DNA from: Squalus acanthias
Taxonomy: Eukaryota
Assembly (NCBI GenBank): GCA_030390025.1
Contig: CM059432.1
Coordinates: forward strand, 149,050,001-149,114,000
Direction of reading: 5' to 3'
Length of the DNA stretch: 64,000 nucleotides
In this document: positions 1 to 12,478 of the stretch, piece after piece
Position numbering within the stretch: the first letter of the stretch is position 1
Layout: each line of letters begins with the position of its first letter
Notes under the pieces: generated by a model
Seen by the model: the letters and a program-made list of their open reading frames with translations, nothing else
Database searches by the model: none
Told to the model about the DNA's origin: nothing
Made by a program: the position numbers and the translations under genes

Positions 1-152
1 AGATATATTTTTGGACTCCAGAGGAATCGAGGGATATGGGGATCGGGTGGGAAAGTGGAGTTGAGGTCGATGATCAGCCATGATCTTATTGAATGGCGGA
101 GCAGGCTTGAGGGGCCGTATGGCCTACTCCTGCTCCTATTTCTTATGTTCTT
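1..152 (+). mobile_element. CR1 LINE 3' tail fragment
   Basis: 3' UTR motif GATCAGCCATGATCTTATTGAATGGCGGAGCAGGCT...GGCCTACTCCTGCTCC and a (TTCTTATG)-type end, repeated many times in the window. Confidence 0.85.
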
Positions 153-379
153 ATCTGTGCCTATCTTTCCGGCAACACCATGTTTGAATCCCTCCAATCA
201 GGTTTCTGCCCTTGCCACAGTACTTAAACAGCCATGATCAAAGTCACAAATGCCATGCTATGTGACTGTGACCATGGTAAACTATCCCTTCTCACCTTTT
301 TCGACCTGTCTACAGCCTTTGACATGGTTGGCCACACCAGTCCGCACCAATGCCTCTCCTCTGCCGCCAAGCTAATGGA

Positions 380-1040
380 ATGATGGCCTTTACAACTCGA
401 GGGCTAGAATATAAACAGGAGGAATATAAGCAGCTATACAAAGCCCGAGATAGACCACATCTGGAGTACTGTGTACAGCTGGGCATTGCACCTTGGGGGG
501 TCTAGAATGAGGGGTCACAGTCTCAGGATACGGGGTAGGCCATTTAGGACTGAGATGAGGAGAAATTTCTTCACTCAGAGGGTGGTGAGCCTGTGGAATT
601 CTCTACCACAGAAGGCTGTGGAGGCCAAGTCACTGAATATATTTAAGAAGGAGATAGATTGATTTCTGGACACAAAAGGCATCAAGGGGTATGGGGAGAG
701 AGCGGGAATATGGTATTGAGACAGAGGATCAGCCATGATCATATTGAATGGCGGAGCAGGCTCGAAGGGCCGAATGGCCTACTCCAGCTTCTATTTTTTT
801 CTATGTTTTTCTTTCTAGAAAGGATATATAGGCCTTGGAAGGAGTGCAGCGCAGATTCACCAGAATATTACTAGGGCTCCAAGGGTTATATTATGAGGAT
901 AGATTACACAAACAGGACTTGCATTCTCTGGAATATAAAAGGTTAGATTGAGGTATTTTCGGATTTTGAAAGGAATTGATAGGGTAGACAGAGAGAAACT
1001 TTTTCCGCTGGTGGGGGTTTCTTGGATAAGTGGACGTAAC
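380..1040 (+). mobile_element. Two adjacent 5'-truncated CR1 fragments
   Basis: ORF2 C-terminal peptide RGHSLRIRGRPFRTEMRRNFFTQRVVSLWNSLP, tail ending ~815, then a second RT C-terminal piece. Confidence 0.8.
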
Positions 1041-1834
1041 CACAGCGCGTACTCACCCGACAAGAGCCGAATTTCTGGCCCAATATGATTAGACAGAGTC
1101 AACATTATTTTATGAAAGGGAAATTGTGTTTAACAAATTTATTAGTTTTTTGAGAATGTAACTAGCAGGGTAGATGAATGAGAACAAATGGATGTAGTAT
1201 ATTTTGGATTTCCAAAAGGCATTCAATAAGGTGCCACATAAAAGGTTGCTGCACAAGATAAGGGCTCATGGGATTTGGGGTAATATATTAGCATGGATAG
1301 AGGATTGGTTAACGGACAGAAAGCAGAGAGTAGGAATAAACAGGTAATTTTTAGGTTGGCAGGCTAGTGGGGTGCTGCAAGGATCAATGCTTGGGCCTCA
1401 GCTATTTACAATCTATATTAATGACTTAGATGAAGGGACTGAGTGTAATGTATCCAAGTTTGCTGATGATACAAAGCTAAGTGGGACAGTAAGCTGTGAG
1501 AAGAACACAAGAGTCTGCACAGGGATACAGGCAGGTTAAGTGAGTGGGCAGTAAGGTGGCAGATGGAGTATAATGTCGGGAAATGTGAGGTTATTCACTT
1601 GGGAAGGAAGAATAGAAAAACAGAATATTTTTTAAATGGTGAGAAACGATTAAATGTTGGTGTTCAGAGAGATTTAGGTGTCTTCGTACAGGAAACACAA
1701 AGAGTTAGCATGCAGGTACAGCAAGCAATTAGGAAGGCAAACAGCATGTTGGACTTTATTGCAAGAGGTTTGGAGTATAAGAGTGAAGAAGGCATTCGAT
1801 AATTGTACAGGGTCTTGGTGACACCACAGCTGGA

Positions 1835-3864
1835 TCCAGCAGCTAGCCGACATCCACGACGTGCGTGGATTCTTTAGCGCAGTCAAGACCACCTACGGCC
1901 CAAGCACCCAAGGTCCTACCCCACGGCGAGCCAAGAATGGAGAGGTACTCATCAAGGGCAGAGAGGCAGTCAGTGCCCGCTGGAAGGAGCACTTCGAAGC
2001 TCTCCTTAACCGAGGCTCTGTCTTCAACGCGAGTGTCCTCAACTCCATCCCACAGCATACTACCCGCCACCATCTCAGCACAACCCCAGCCCGGCATGAG
2101 GTTGAAAAGGCTATCCGACAACTGAAGAACAACAAGGCCTCAGGAGCAGATGGAATCCCCACGAGGTACTAAAACATGGTGGAGAAGCACTACTGGCGTG
2201 AATACATTAACTCATTTCTCTTATTTGGAAGGAGGAGAGCATGCCAGGGGATCTCAGAGACGCCGTAATCTTCAAGAAAGGTGACATGTCCGATTGCAGT
2301 AATTACAGAGGAGTCTCCCTGCTGTCTGCCACAGGGAAAGTCATCGCAAGAATCCTCCTCAATCGCCTTCTCCCAGTGGCTGAAGAGCTCCTCCCAGAGT
2401 CGCATTGCAGATTCCGCCCACTAAGGGGCACAATGGACATGATCTTCACCGCGCGTCAACTACAAAAGAATGCAGGGAACAGCACCAACCGCTGTACATG
2501 GCCTTCTTTGACCTCACAAAGGCCTTCAACACCGTCAACCGTGAGGGATTATGGAGTATCCTCCTCAAATTTGGCTGCCCTCAAAAGTTTATCACCATCC
2601 TCCGCCTGCTTCACGACGATATGCAAGCCGTGATCCTGACCAACGGATCCACTGACCCAATTCACGTACGAACCGGGGTCAAGCAAGGCTGTGTAATCGC
2701 ACCAACGCTCTTCTCGATCTTCCTGGCTGCAATGCTCCATCTCACCCTCAGTAAGCTCCCCGCTGGAGTGGAGCTAATTTCAGAACAAACGGGAAACTGT
2801 TCAACCTCCGTCGCCTCCAGTCTAGATTCAAGGTCTTCCCATCCTCTGTCATCGAATTACAGTATGCAGATGATGCTTGCATCTGCGCACACTCTGAGGT
2901 CGAACTCCAAACCATTGTCAACACCTTCACTGAAGCATACGAGAGCATAGGCCTTACACTAAACATCCGTAAGACAAAGGTCCTCTACCAACCTGCCCCC
3001 GCCACACAGTACTGCTCCCCGATTATCAAAATCCATGACGAGGCCTTGAACAACGTGGACCACTTTCCATACTTCGGGAGCCTACTGTCAACAAAGGCAG
3101 ACGTCGATGAGGAAGTCCAACACCGCCTTCAGTGTGCCAGTACAGCCTTCGGTCGCCTGAGGAAGAGAGTGTTTGAAGACCAGAACCTCAAACCCAGCAC
3201 CAAGCTCATGGTCTACAGAGCAGTAGAGATACCCGCCCTCCTGTATGCTTCAGAGACATGGACCATGTACAGCAGGCACCTCAAAGCACTGGAGAGGTAC
3301 CACCAACGCTGCCTCCGCAAGATCCTGCAAATCCATTGGCAGGATAGGTGCACCAATGTCAGTGTTCTCGCTCAGGCCAACATCCCCAGCATCGAAGCTT
3401 TGTCCACGCTCAATCAGCTCCGATGGACGGGCCACATCGTCCGCATGCCTGATACGAGACTCCCAAAGCAAGCACTCTACTCGGAGCTCCGACACGGCAA
3501 GAGAGCCCAGGTGGGCAGAGGAAATGCTTCAAGGACACCCTCAAAGCCTCCTTGAAAAAGGGCAACATCCCCAACGACACCTGGGAATCCCTGGCCCAAG
3601 ACCGCATAAAGTGAAGGAGAAGCATTCGGGAAGGCACTGAACACCTCGAGTCTCTTCGTCGGGAGCAAGCGGAAGCCAAGCGCAAACAGCGGAAGGAGCG
3701 CACATCAATCCAAGCACCCCACCCACCCGCCCCTTCAACCACCGTCTGCCCCACCTGTGACAGAGACTGTAGGTCCCACATTGGACTCATCAGTCACCTG
3801 AGAACTCATTTTTAGTGTGGAAGCAAGTCATCCTCGGTTCCGAGGGACTGCCTAAGAAGAAGAA
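1835..3864 (+). mobile_element. RTE-clade LINE, 5'-truncated, frameshifted
   Basis: RTE-type RT peptides NYRGVSLLSATGKVIARILLNRL, YMAFFDLTKAFNTVNREGLW, GVKQGCVIAPTLF, QYADD, FPYFGS, QLRWTGHIVRMPDTRLPKQALYSEL. C-terminal CPTC..C..HIGLISHLRTH zinc finger and (AAG)n tail. Confidence 0.92.
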
Positions 3865-4358
3865 GAGTACTGTGCACAGTTTTGGTCTCCTTGTCTGAGG
3901 AAGGATATACTTGCTTTAGAGGCGGTGCAACGAAAGTTCACAAGATTGATTCCTGGGATGAGAGGGTTGTCCTATGAGGAGAAATTGAGTAGATTAGGCC
4001 TATAGTCAACGGAGTTTAGAAGAATGAGAGGTGATCTCATTGAAACATCTAAGATTCTGAGGGGGATTGACAGGGTAGATGCTGAGAGGCTGTTTTCCCT
4101 GGCTGGAGAGTTTAGAACTAGGGGGTGTAGTCTCAGGATAAGGGGTCGGGCATTTAAGACTGAGATGAGGAGGAATTTCTTCACTCAGAGGGTTGTGAAT
4201 TTTTGGAATTCTCTACCCCAGAGGGCTGTGGATGCTGAGTCGTTGAGTATATTCAAGGCTGAGTTGATAGATTTTTGGATTCGAGGGGAATCAAGGGATA
4301 TGAAGATTGGGCAGGAAAGTGGAGTTGAGGTCAAAAATCAGCCATGATCTTATTGAAT

Positions 4359-4670
4359 GGCAGAGCAGGCTCGAGGGGCCGTGTGGCGGAGCAGGCTCGA
4401 GGGGCCGTGTGGCGGAGCAGGCTCGAGGGGCTGAGTGGCGGAGCAGGCTCGAGGGGCCGTGTGGCGGAGCAGGCTCGAGGGGCCGTGTGGCGGAGCAGGC
4501 TCGAGGGGCCGTGTGGCGGAGCAGGCTCGAGGGGCCGAGTGGCGGAGCAGGCTCGAGGGGCCGTGTGGCGGAGCAGGCTCGAGGGGCCGTGTGGTGCAGC
4601 AGGCTCGAGGGGCCGTGTGGTGGAGCAGGCTCGAGGGGCCGTGTGGCGGAGCAGGTTCGAGGGGCCGTAT
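4359..4670 (+). repeat. Tandem array, 12 x 26 bp (GGCGGAGCAGGCTCGAGGGGCCGTGT), from the CR1 3' UTR
   Basis: Counted directly: copy 1 starts at 4359, copy 12 at 4645. Flanks are a normal CR1 tail. Confidence 0.95.
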
Positions 4671-4779
4671 GGCCGACTCCTGCTCCTAATTCTTATGTTC
4701 TTATACAGTGTAGCCATTATCTCATTGAAGGGCGGAACAGGGGCTGAATGGCCTACACCTGTTCCTATGTTCCTATAGA

Positions 4780-5650
4780 TTGGGTTGGACTGCCCTCGCC
4801 TGGTTCCATTCTTATCTATCCAGTCGTAGCCAGAGAATCACCTGCAATGGCTTCTCTTCCCACTCCTGCATCGTTACTCCTGCGGTCCCCCGAGGATCTA
4901 TCCTTGGGCTCCTCATCTTTCTCATCTATATGCTGCCCCTTGGCGACATCATCCGAAAACACAATGTCAGGTTCTACATGCACACTGACGACACCCAGCT
5001 CTACCTCACCACCACCTCTCTCGACTCCTGCATCATCTTTAATTTGTCACGTTGCTTGTCCGACATCCAGTACTGGATGAGCAGAAATTTCCTCCAACTA
5101 ATTTGGGAAGATCGAAGCCATTGTCTTCGGTCCCCGCCACAAAGTCGTTCCATAGCCACCGTCTCCATCCCTCTCCCTGGCAACTGTCTGAGGCTGAAAC
5201 AGATTGTTCACAACCTTGGTGTCATATGTGACCCCGAGATGTTTATCTGACCACATATCTGCTCCACCACCAGCACCGTCTAATTTCACCTCCGTAACAT
5301 TGCCTGTCTCCACCTCAGCTCATCTGCTGCTGAAACCCTCATCCATGCCTTTGTTACCTCTGGACTTCACTATTCTAATGCACTCCTGGCCGGCCTCCCA
5401 CCTTCCAACCTCCATAAACTTGAGCTCATCCAAAACTTTGCTGTCCGTATCCTAACTCACACCAATCCCGTTCACCCATCGCCCCAGTGCTCAATGATCT
5501 ACAATGGCTCGCGATTCAGCAACACTTCAATTTTAAAATTCTCATCCTTGTTTTCAAATCCCTTCATGGCCTTGCCCCTTCCTATCTCTGGAATCCCCTC
5601 CGCCCCTACAACCCGCCGAGATCTCTGCGCTACTCCAACTCTGGCCTTTA
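4780..5650 (+). mobile_element. L2-clade LINE 3' fragment
   Basis: TALAWFHSYLSSRSQ, VPRGSILGLLIFLIYMLPLGDIIRKHNVRFYMHTDDTQLY, CLSDIQYWMSRNFLQL, FKILILVFKSLHGLAPSYL. Confidence 0.9.
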
Positions 5651-5664
5651 CAAACAAATTAAAA

Positions 5665-6030
5665 ATCGAAAAAAGGACTTACATTTACATAGCTCCTTTC
5701 ACAACTTCAGGGCACTTTACAACCAATGAAGTACTTCTGTAGGAAAATGCCACAACCAATTTGTGCACAGCAAGGCCCCCAAACAGCAATGAAATAAATG
5801 ACCAGATCATCTGTTTTAGATGTTGGTTGAGGGATAATTGTTGGCCAGGGCACTGGGAGAACTCTCTGCTCTTCTTCGAATAGTTCTGTGGGATCTTTAA
5901 CGTCCACTTGAGATTGCAGATGGGGCCTCGGTTTAATGTCTCATCTGAAAGACAGCACATCCAACAGTGCAGCAGTCACTCAGTACTGCGCTGAAGTGTC
6001 AGCCTAGATCATGGGCTCAAATCTCTCCAG
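5665..6030 (-). mobile_element. Deu-domain SINE with L2-type tail (SacSINE1-like)
   Basis: Minus strand has CTTTCAGATGAGACATTAAACCGAGGCCCC...TGGACGTTAAAGATCCCA...TTCGAAGAAGAGCAG and an L2-like GCTATGTAAATGTAAGT end. Family name is from recall. Confidence 0.75.
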
Positions 6031-6280
6031 TATTAGGAGGTAGATTAAGAAGCAGGGTCTCCAAAGTAGTAATCTCACCGGTGCCACACAATAGCCAGGG
6101 CAAGATCTGACAGGTTAGAGAGGTGAATGCATGGCTAGAAGCATGGTGTAGGTTCAGATTCCTTGACATGCGCTGTACCAACAGAACACTCTATAGCTTC
6201 GTAAAGCTGGGACCAATACCCTCATTAGAAGGTTAGCTAAAGCTGAGGAGGGTAACATTAAAATATCAGGGGGTAAAAGC
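6030..6280 (+). mobile_element. Degraded CR1 ORF1 (esterase) fragment
   Basis: Resembles the AGCAGGACCTCAAAGGTAGTAATCTC...TGAATGCGTGGCTGGAG segment of CR1 ORF1 copies at 27.4-27.6 kb and 52.8 kb. Confidence 0.6.
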
Positions 6281-7421
6281 TGTGAAGGAATAAGCCATGT
6301 AAACTATTCAGAAAAATACACTATCTTATGAAAGAATTCTGGCCTTATTAAAACATGACAAACTGGGTTTGGAAATTTAGAAACCTAACTATTAAATAGC
6401 TATGAAAGAATTCTGGCTATTGAGATAAGACAGCTGTTGACCCTAAATAAATAACCTTATTGAAAGAGAAGGTGCATGGCTCCGACAGACTGACCTTTGT
6501 GAACAAAAACAATGGTTCACCCTGGATAAGGTGTTCTATTTAAACATCGTAAAAATGGCACATAAGATAAGGAACATCTGCCCTCGTAAAGATGACATAA
6601 AATAAGAAACACCTGCCCTTCACACCATTCTATATGGTGACCCCAGACCACCTGGAGATGAGACAAAAATCTGGCTGATGTAGCAGTAAGAATTGCAGAG
6701 GTCGGCAGAAAGATGAATAGGGATAATTAACTTGGGTCAGCAGAAACTTTAAAGGAAATACCACTGAAAAAGGGTATAAATATTGAAGTTTCAAATGGGA
6801 TATCAGACTCGCTTTAATTGGGCAAAGCAATTCTCGACCACAGAGGCGGCTCTGTGTTCTCCAACTCTTTGTACCTCGGGGATCAAAGGTATTTGATATT
6901 GATTGATATCCTGTATAGAAAACTTTAAGAACTGTAATACTGTAGCAAAGTTAAGATTTAAAAGTAAGATTCTCTGTTAAAAAGATATTACTTTTTCTCT
7001 TTTTAGAACTGTTAATGTTGCGATTGACTGATCCACCAACTGTAAATTGCATGTCGGTTCTTTTAATAAATCTCTATATATTTTTAGAATTGTCTCACAT
7101 AAGTCTTCTGTATCAATAACTCGCAAACTCAATCTCTGTACACTCTTTGGTGAAGAGTTACAGAATTCTGAAGGAGTTCTCCGGACCCTCATAATATCCG
7201 GGACGTTACAGTCTAGCTAAACTTATTAAAAGCGCTATCTGGAGGACGGTAACATTCTCGGGTTGTTCCTTTCCTTTAGGGAGAGATAGCCCGGACCTTA
7301 AGACCCAATTAAGCGTCTTTAGGATTCGGCTACCTCAAACTTTAGTTGAAAGTGAACGTTTGAGAAATACGCCTGATCCGGGGTAGCCCTAAAGGGGCTA
7401 GGACTAGTAATTATCCCTTCA
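6281..7421 (+). mobile_element. Solo LTR
   Basis: Termini TGTGAAGG...CCTTCA, 4-bp TSD AAGC (6277-6280 and 7422-7425), U3-like internal duplications (TATGAAAGAATTCTGGC x2), TATA (GGGTATAAA ~6772) and AATAAA (~7065). Confidence 0.7.
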
Positions 7422-7689
7422 AAGCAAGACAGTAGAATAGGCAGCCTGGAAGGGAAAGTAAGCTTTAAGTGTAAAGCTTTAAAGGATTAAAGAAGTCGAA
7501 AGATTTAAAGGGTTTCAACAGGATAAGATAGTTGAAAAAAAGGCACAATTACCAAACCAGGGAAATCCAAACTGAGCACAAGAAACAAAATTGGGAACTA
7601 GAACCATTGATTAAAATTAAAAATAATGACACAGTAGCAAAAACTATGGCGGCAGCTAGGCCAGGATTGGCAACTAAATATATACACAG

Positions 7690-8330
7690 ATGTGAAAATG
7701 ACGGGCAGAAGACCAGTTGGCCCATCAAGCCTACCCCACACTCATGATGCCTGGAGCATCATGACTAGACCCTTCCCAAGCCTCCACCCGCGCCCCCCCC
7801 GCCCCCCGCCACCCCACCCCCCCACCCCGCAAGTATATAATCTCCTGGGAGAGGCAAAAAAAAAACAGAAGAACCGAGGGTCATCAGGGGTTAAAAAATC
7901 TAGAAAACTCTTCTTCAACTCCTTCAGGCGATCAAAACCATTCCAGGAGATCACATTGATCATGCGTACATTAACTGTAAATCCATTCATCTTTTATGTG
8001 ATGGGATCTCTGACCCAGCCAAGAACAGGTCCAGCGCCCTCTTGAAGGCTGGTAGAGAGTCAGCGCCCACCGACAAGCAGGCGATGAATTCCAGAGACTC
8101 ACTGCTCCCTGGAAAAAGAAAAACCATCTCACGTCTAGTCTATTCCTACTCTTGTGTAGGATAAATGCTTAGTCTTCCCCAATTCGTCAAACTGAAATAA
8201 TCTTTTGCTGGGCATGCAATCCAGCCCTTTCATTATTTTTACATACAGTAGCTCTATCAGGTCGCCTCGAAGTCTATGCTGCTCTGAAGTAAATAGATCC
8301 AGCTCTTTCATCCTAAGCCTACATACGTAT
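7690..8330 (-). mobile_element. Old degraded CR1 3' fragment
   Basis: Minus-strand peptide RMKELDLFTSEQHRLRGDLIELLYVKIMKGLD. Confidence 0.6.
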
Positions 8331-8916
8331 CGGTATAAAAGTTTCATGAAAAGGAAAAGAGAGAGGGGGAGACAGCTGAATTAATTAGAGAGTATCACAG
8401 CACCAGAGCACAAGGGTTTAATGGTCCGAACAGAATCCCTTTTGATTGAGCTGTGAAAGTATTTGGTCACATGGCTTAGAGTATATTATAGACCCCCGAA
8501 CAATCAAAAGGTAATCAAAGATGAAATGTATAGACAAGTAAGAGGGGCTTGTGTTAATAATAGTTATACTTGTGGAAGGTTTTAATGATCCAAAACTAGT
8601 TTCTGGTGATGAAGTGGAGTTTCTTTTTTTACAGTTGGTACAGGACTGTTTTCTCATTCTCTGTCAATATGTTTCTACTCCAACAAGGAAGGGAGCACAT
8701 TTTGACCTGGTTCTGGGTAACCTTAAAGCAGAGAAACATTTGGAGAACCGTGGCCACAATAGAACTCAATGTGTTGGAACAGGAGTAGGCTATTCAGCTC
8801 CTCCAGCCTGTTCCACCATTCAATTAGATCATGACTGATCTGTATCTTAACTCCATCTACATGTCTTGCTTCCATCACCCTTAAGATCTTTGCCTAACAA
8901 AATTTTTATCAATATC

Positions 8917-9200
8917 GGGGTAGGACATTTAGGACTGAGATGAGGAGAAATTTCTTCACTCAGAGGGTGGTGAACCTGTGGAATTCTCTACCCCAGAAGG
9001 CTGTGGAGGCCAAGTCACTGAATATATTTAAGAAGGAGATAGATAGATTTCTAGACACAAAAGGCGTCAAGGGGTATGGGGAGAGAGCGGGAATATGGTA
9101 TTGAGATAGAGGATCAGCCATGATCATATTGAATGGCGGAGCAGGCTCGAAGCACAAATGGCCGACTCCTGCTCCTATTTTTCTATGTTTCTATGTTTCT
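8917..9200 (+). mobile_element. CR1 3' tail
   Basis: Near-identical to 530-815, ends in (TTTCTATG)n. Confidence 0.85.
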
Positions 9201-9204
9201 ATCA

Positions 9205-9975
9205 GTTTTGAAATTTTCAGCTGACCTTGACTCAATGGCTTTTTGGGGGAGAGTTCCAGATTTCCATTACACCTTGTGTGGATAAGTGTTTCCTGGCATC
9301 ACCCCTGTCTATACATCACCCCAGCTCTAATTTTAATATGCTCCCTTTTTGTGGACTCCTCCACCAGAGGAAATAGTTTCTTTCCGACTCCTCCATTAAC
9401 TCCTTTAATCATCTTAAACACCTGAATTAGATCAAACCTTAATCTTCTATACTCAAGGAATACAAGTCCAATCTATGCAACCTGTCCTCATAATTTAACA
9501 AGATCCACTGCAGCAACTCGCCAAGGCTTCTTCGGCAGCACCTCCCAAACCTGCGACCTCTGCCACCAAGAAGGACAAGGGCAGCAGGTGCATGGGAACA
9601 CCACCACCTCCAAGTGACACACCTTCCTGACTTGGAAGTATATCGGCCGTTCCTTCATCGTCGCTGGTTCAATATCCTGGAACTCCCTCCCGAACAGCAC
9701 TGTGGGAGTACCTTCACCACACGGACTGCAGCGGTTCAAGAAGGTGGCTCACCACCACCTTCTCAAGGGCAATTAGGGATGGGCAATAAATGCTGGCCTT
9801 GCCAGCGATGCCCACATCCCATGAATGAATGGAAAAAAAAAACTTTTAGCCCAGGTATAATTCTGGTGAATCTGCACTGCACCCCCTCCAAGGCCAATAT
9901 ATCCTTCCTGAGATGCGGTGTGCAGACTGAACACAGTACTCCAAATAGGGTCTAATCAGAGCTTTTTCTAACTGA
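9205..9975 (-). mobile_element. CR1 3' fragment interrupted by a LINE tail (9503-9842)
   Basis: KALIRPYLEYCVQ on minus strand. CR1 sequence continues across the insert. Confidence 0.7.
9503..9842 (+). mobile_element. 3' tail of the single-ORF LINE family (same family as 28826-31970)
   Basis: CACTGCAGCAACTCGCCAAGGCTTCTTCGGCAGCACC...GGGCAATAAATGCTGGCCTTGCCAGCGATGCCCACATCCCATGAATGAAT and an A-run. Confidence 0.85.
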
Positions 9976-9979
9976 TGAA

Positions 9980-10978
9980 CTTCACTAGAGGATAAGTTTA
10001 AAAAGAATATTAATACAGTTGGGATAGAAAGGGAGAAAATAATTGACAAACTAGCAAAACTAAAAGAGGATAAAACCCCAGGTCTGGATGGTATGCATCC
10101 ACGCATACCCAAGCAAACTCGGGAGGAGATAGTAGAGGCACAAGTTTATATATACAAAAGTTTCATAGAAGAGGGGGTAACTAACCTGCTAGAGCTCTTT
10201 GAAGAGGTAAAAAAAAGAGTATACAAGGGTAATGCAAGTAGATGTCATGTACTTGGATTTTCAAAAGGCCTTTGATAAGGTACCACACGGTAGGCTCGTG
10301 ACAAAGTTTAGAGCATGTGGAGTCAGGGACAAATGGCTGAATGGATAGCAAATTGGCTAAAAAATACAAAGCAGAGAGTTGGGGTAAAGGGTAGTTATTC
10401 AGATTTTCAGAAGGCAGTTGAGCTGTAAGGGCTAAAAACTGCATATTTTTACATCATTTTTATTTTTTTCATTTCAGACAGCATTGCCCGTTTAAGAAAA
10501 CGACAATGCATTGCCCTTTTAAGAATCACAATTACACACATTAGAGTTGTTCTTGCACAAATTAGGCTTGTAGTCCCTCGAATTTAGAAGGTTAAGGGGC
10601 GATTCGATCAAAGTTTTCAAGATGTTACGGGGAACTGATAGGGTAGATAGAGAGAAACTATTTCTGCTGGTGGGGGATTCTAGGACTAGGGAGCATAGTC
10701 TAAAAATTAGAGCCAGGCCTTTCAGGAGTGAAATTAGGAAACATTTCTACACACAAAGGGTGGTAGAAGTTTGGAACTCACTTCTGTAAACTGCAATTGA
10801 TGCTGGATCAATTGTTAATTTTAAATCGGAGATTGATAGATTTTTGTTAACCAAAGGTATTTTGGGATACGGGGCAAAGGCGGGTATATGGAGTTAGGTC
10901 GCAGAACAGCCATGATCTCATTGAATGGCGGAACAGGCTCGAGGGGCTGAACGGCCTCCTCCTGCTCCTCTGTTCCTA
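9980..10978 (+). mobile_element. Degraded CR1 RT and 3' tail fragments
   Basis: KTPGLDGMHPRI and LDFQKAFDKVPH-like segments. Tail 10560-10978. Confidence 0.7.
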
Positions 10979-10999
10979 ATCCCACGATGCTTTGTGAAA

Positions 11000-11244
11000 T
11001 CACAGCCTCGCTTTCAGAGGCTGTTCTAGCAGCGACGCCGCTTGGGCCGCGCCACCTTGGAGCCAGCTGCCAGGACCACCGCCACCACGAGGGTGTTACA
11101 CGGTGAGTTTAGCGCTGGGCTGATGATAATTAGTCCCCAGCACCAATTCTTCGGTCCTGCCAGCGCCACCATTTTCGGCGGCCATTAACCTCCCCGGCCA
11201 AGGTGGCACCGGCAGCTTTCATGGTGGTCACGAATTTCTAGGCC
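11000..11244. mobile_element. Harbinger-type non-autonomous element end
   Basis: GC-rich body ending CGAATTTCTAGGCC, followed by TTA (TWA-type target). Confidence 0.45.
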
Positions 11245-11919
11245 TTAGACTTTAAAATCAGGCGTGACTTTTGAGTACAGAATATCACAATTTGGTGCAT
11301 TTGCTTCTCCCTCCCAATTTTTTCTTCTCCTCTCTCCTCTCCTGAAGATGAGAACTTATGTTGGTTACATTTTTATGCTTGCTATCAACCCTCTGAGCCC
11401 TCCCTCAGTGACCAGCCTGCGTGTCTGAGCCCAGAACAGAGGTTCTCAAATTGGGATCTGCAGCCCGTACACCTCGGTGTAGTTTTGATTTTTTTCTCTT
11501 CTCCTCCCTTCACTGTCCTCTTCCAGCACAGGGATACTGAGACCAACTGCAGCATCTCCACCATCAACCCAGCTGGCAACTGGGATCAATTTACCAAGAT
11601 CTTTTAGTCTGTATTGTTGGTAACCATTTGCCCTCAGCCTTTGGGGACGGGGTGCCACACTTTCGGGTCTATTTTGATTCTTGGGTGGCCGCCCATTATG
11701 GTGACGTAGTGGCCACCATGATTTTGAGGCTCCGGCCACATTTACATTCGCCATGTGAGCCAGACAGGCGTCCCAACGTCGACGAGGGGAGGGGGGTCGC
11801 AATCGCGGAGGTTGGGGGCCTCTGGTCAGCAGCAGCCCAGATTATTTTTGTGGGTCCCTGCTCCTCTGAGACACACTAAATTTATTCAAGACTTACCTTT
11901 GCTGGACCTCTTCTCCTCC

Positions 11920-12478
11920 ATCGCCCTTTCCACCATCTACAAGGCACAAGTCAGGAGTGTGATGAATACTCTCCACTTGCTTGGATGAGTGCAGCTCCAA
12001 CAAATACTCAAGAAGCTCGACACCATTCAGGACAAAGCAGCCCGCTTGATTGGCACCCCATCCACCACCTTAAACATTCACTCCCTCCACCACCGGCGTA
12101 CCATGGCTGCAGTGTGCACCATCTACAAGATGCACTGCAGCAACTCGCCAAGGCTTCTTCGGCAGCACCTCCCAAACCCGCGACCTCTTCCACCTAGAAG
12201 GACAAGGGCAGCAGGCGCATGGGAACACCACCACCTCCAAGTTCCCGTCCAAGTCACACACCATCCTGACTTAGAAGTATATCGCCGATCCTTCATCGTC
12301 GCTGGGTCAAAATCCTGGAACTCCCTCCCTAACAGCACTGTGGAGCACCTTCACCACACGGACTGCAGCGGTTCAAGAAGGCGGCTCACCACCACCTTCT
12401 CAAGGAGCAACTAGAGATGGGCAATAAATGCTGGCCTTGCCAGCGACGCCCACATCCCATAAACAAATTTTAAAAAAC
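11920..12478 (+). mobile_element. Single-ORF LINE family 3' fragment
   Basis: LKKLDTIQDKAARLIGTPSTTLNIHSLHHRRTMAAVCTIYKMHCSNSPRLL and the shared tail. Confidence 0.88.

Larger units (their letters stand above)
1085..4705 (+). mobile_element. 5'-truncated CR1 LINE (RT and tail) interrupted by an RTE at ~1835-3864
   Basis: RT motifs (LDFQKAFNKVPH, QGSMLGP, KFADD, MEYNVGKCEVIH). CR1 sequence ...CAGCTGGA resumes as GAGTACTGTGCACAG after the RTE. Confidence 0.9.

Noticed and set aside
4307..4778. Repetitive ORFs and a CRISPR-like look of the 26-bp array
   Set aside because: Units are head-to-tail with no unique spacers and derive from the CR1 tail. The ORFs are artefacts of a stop-free repeat, and the context is eukaryotic.
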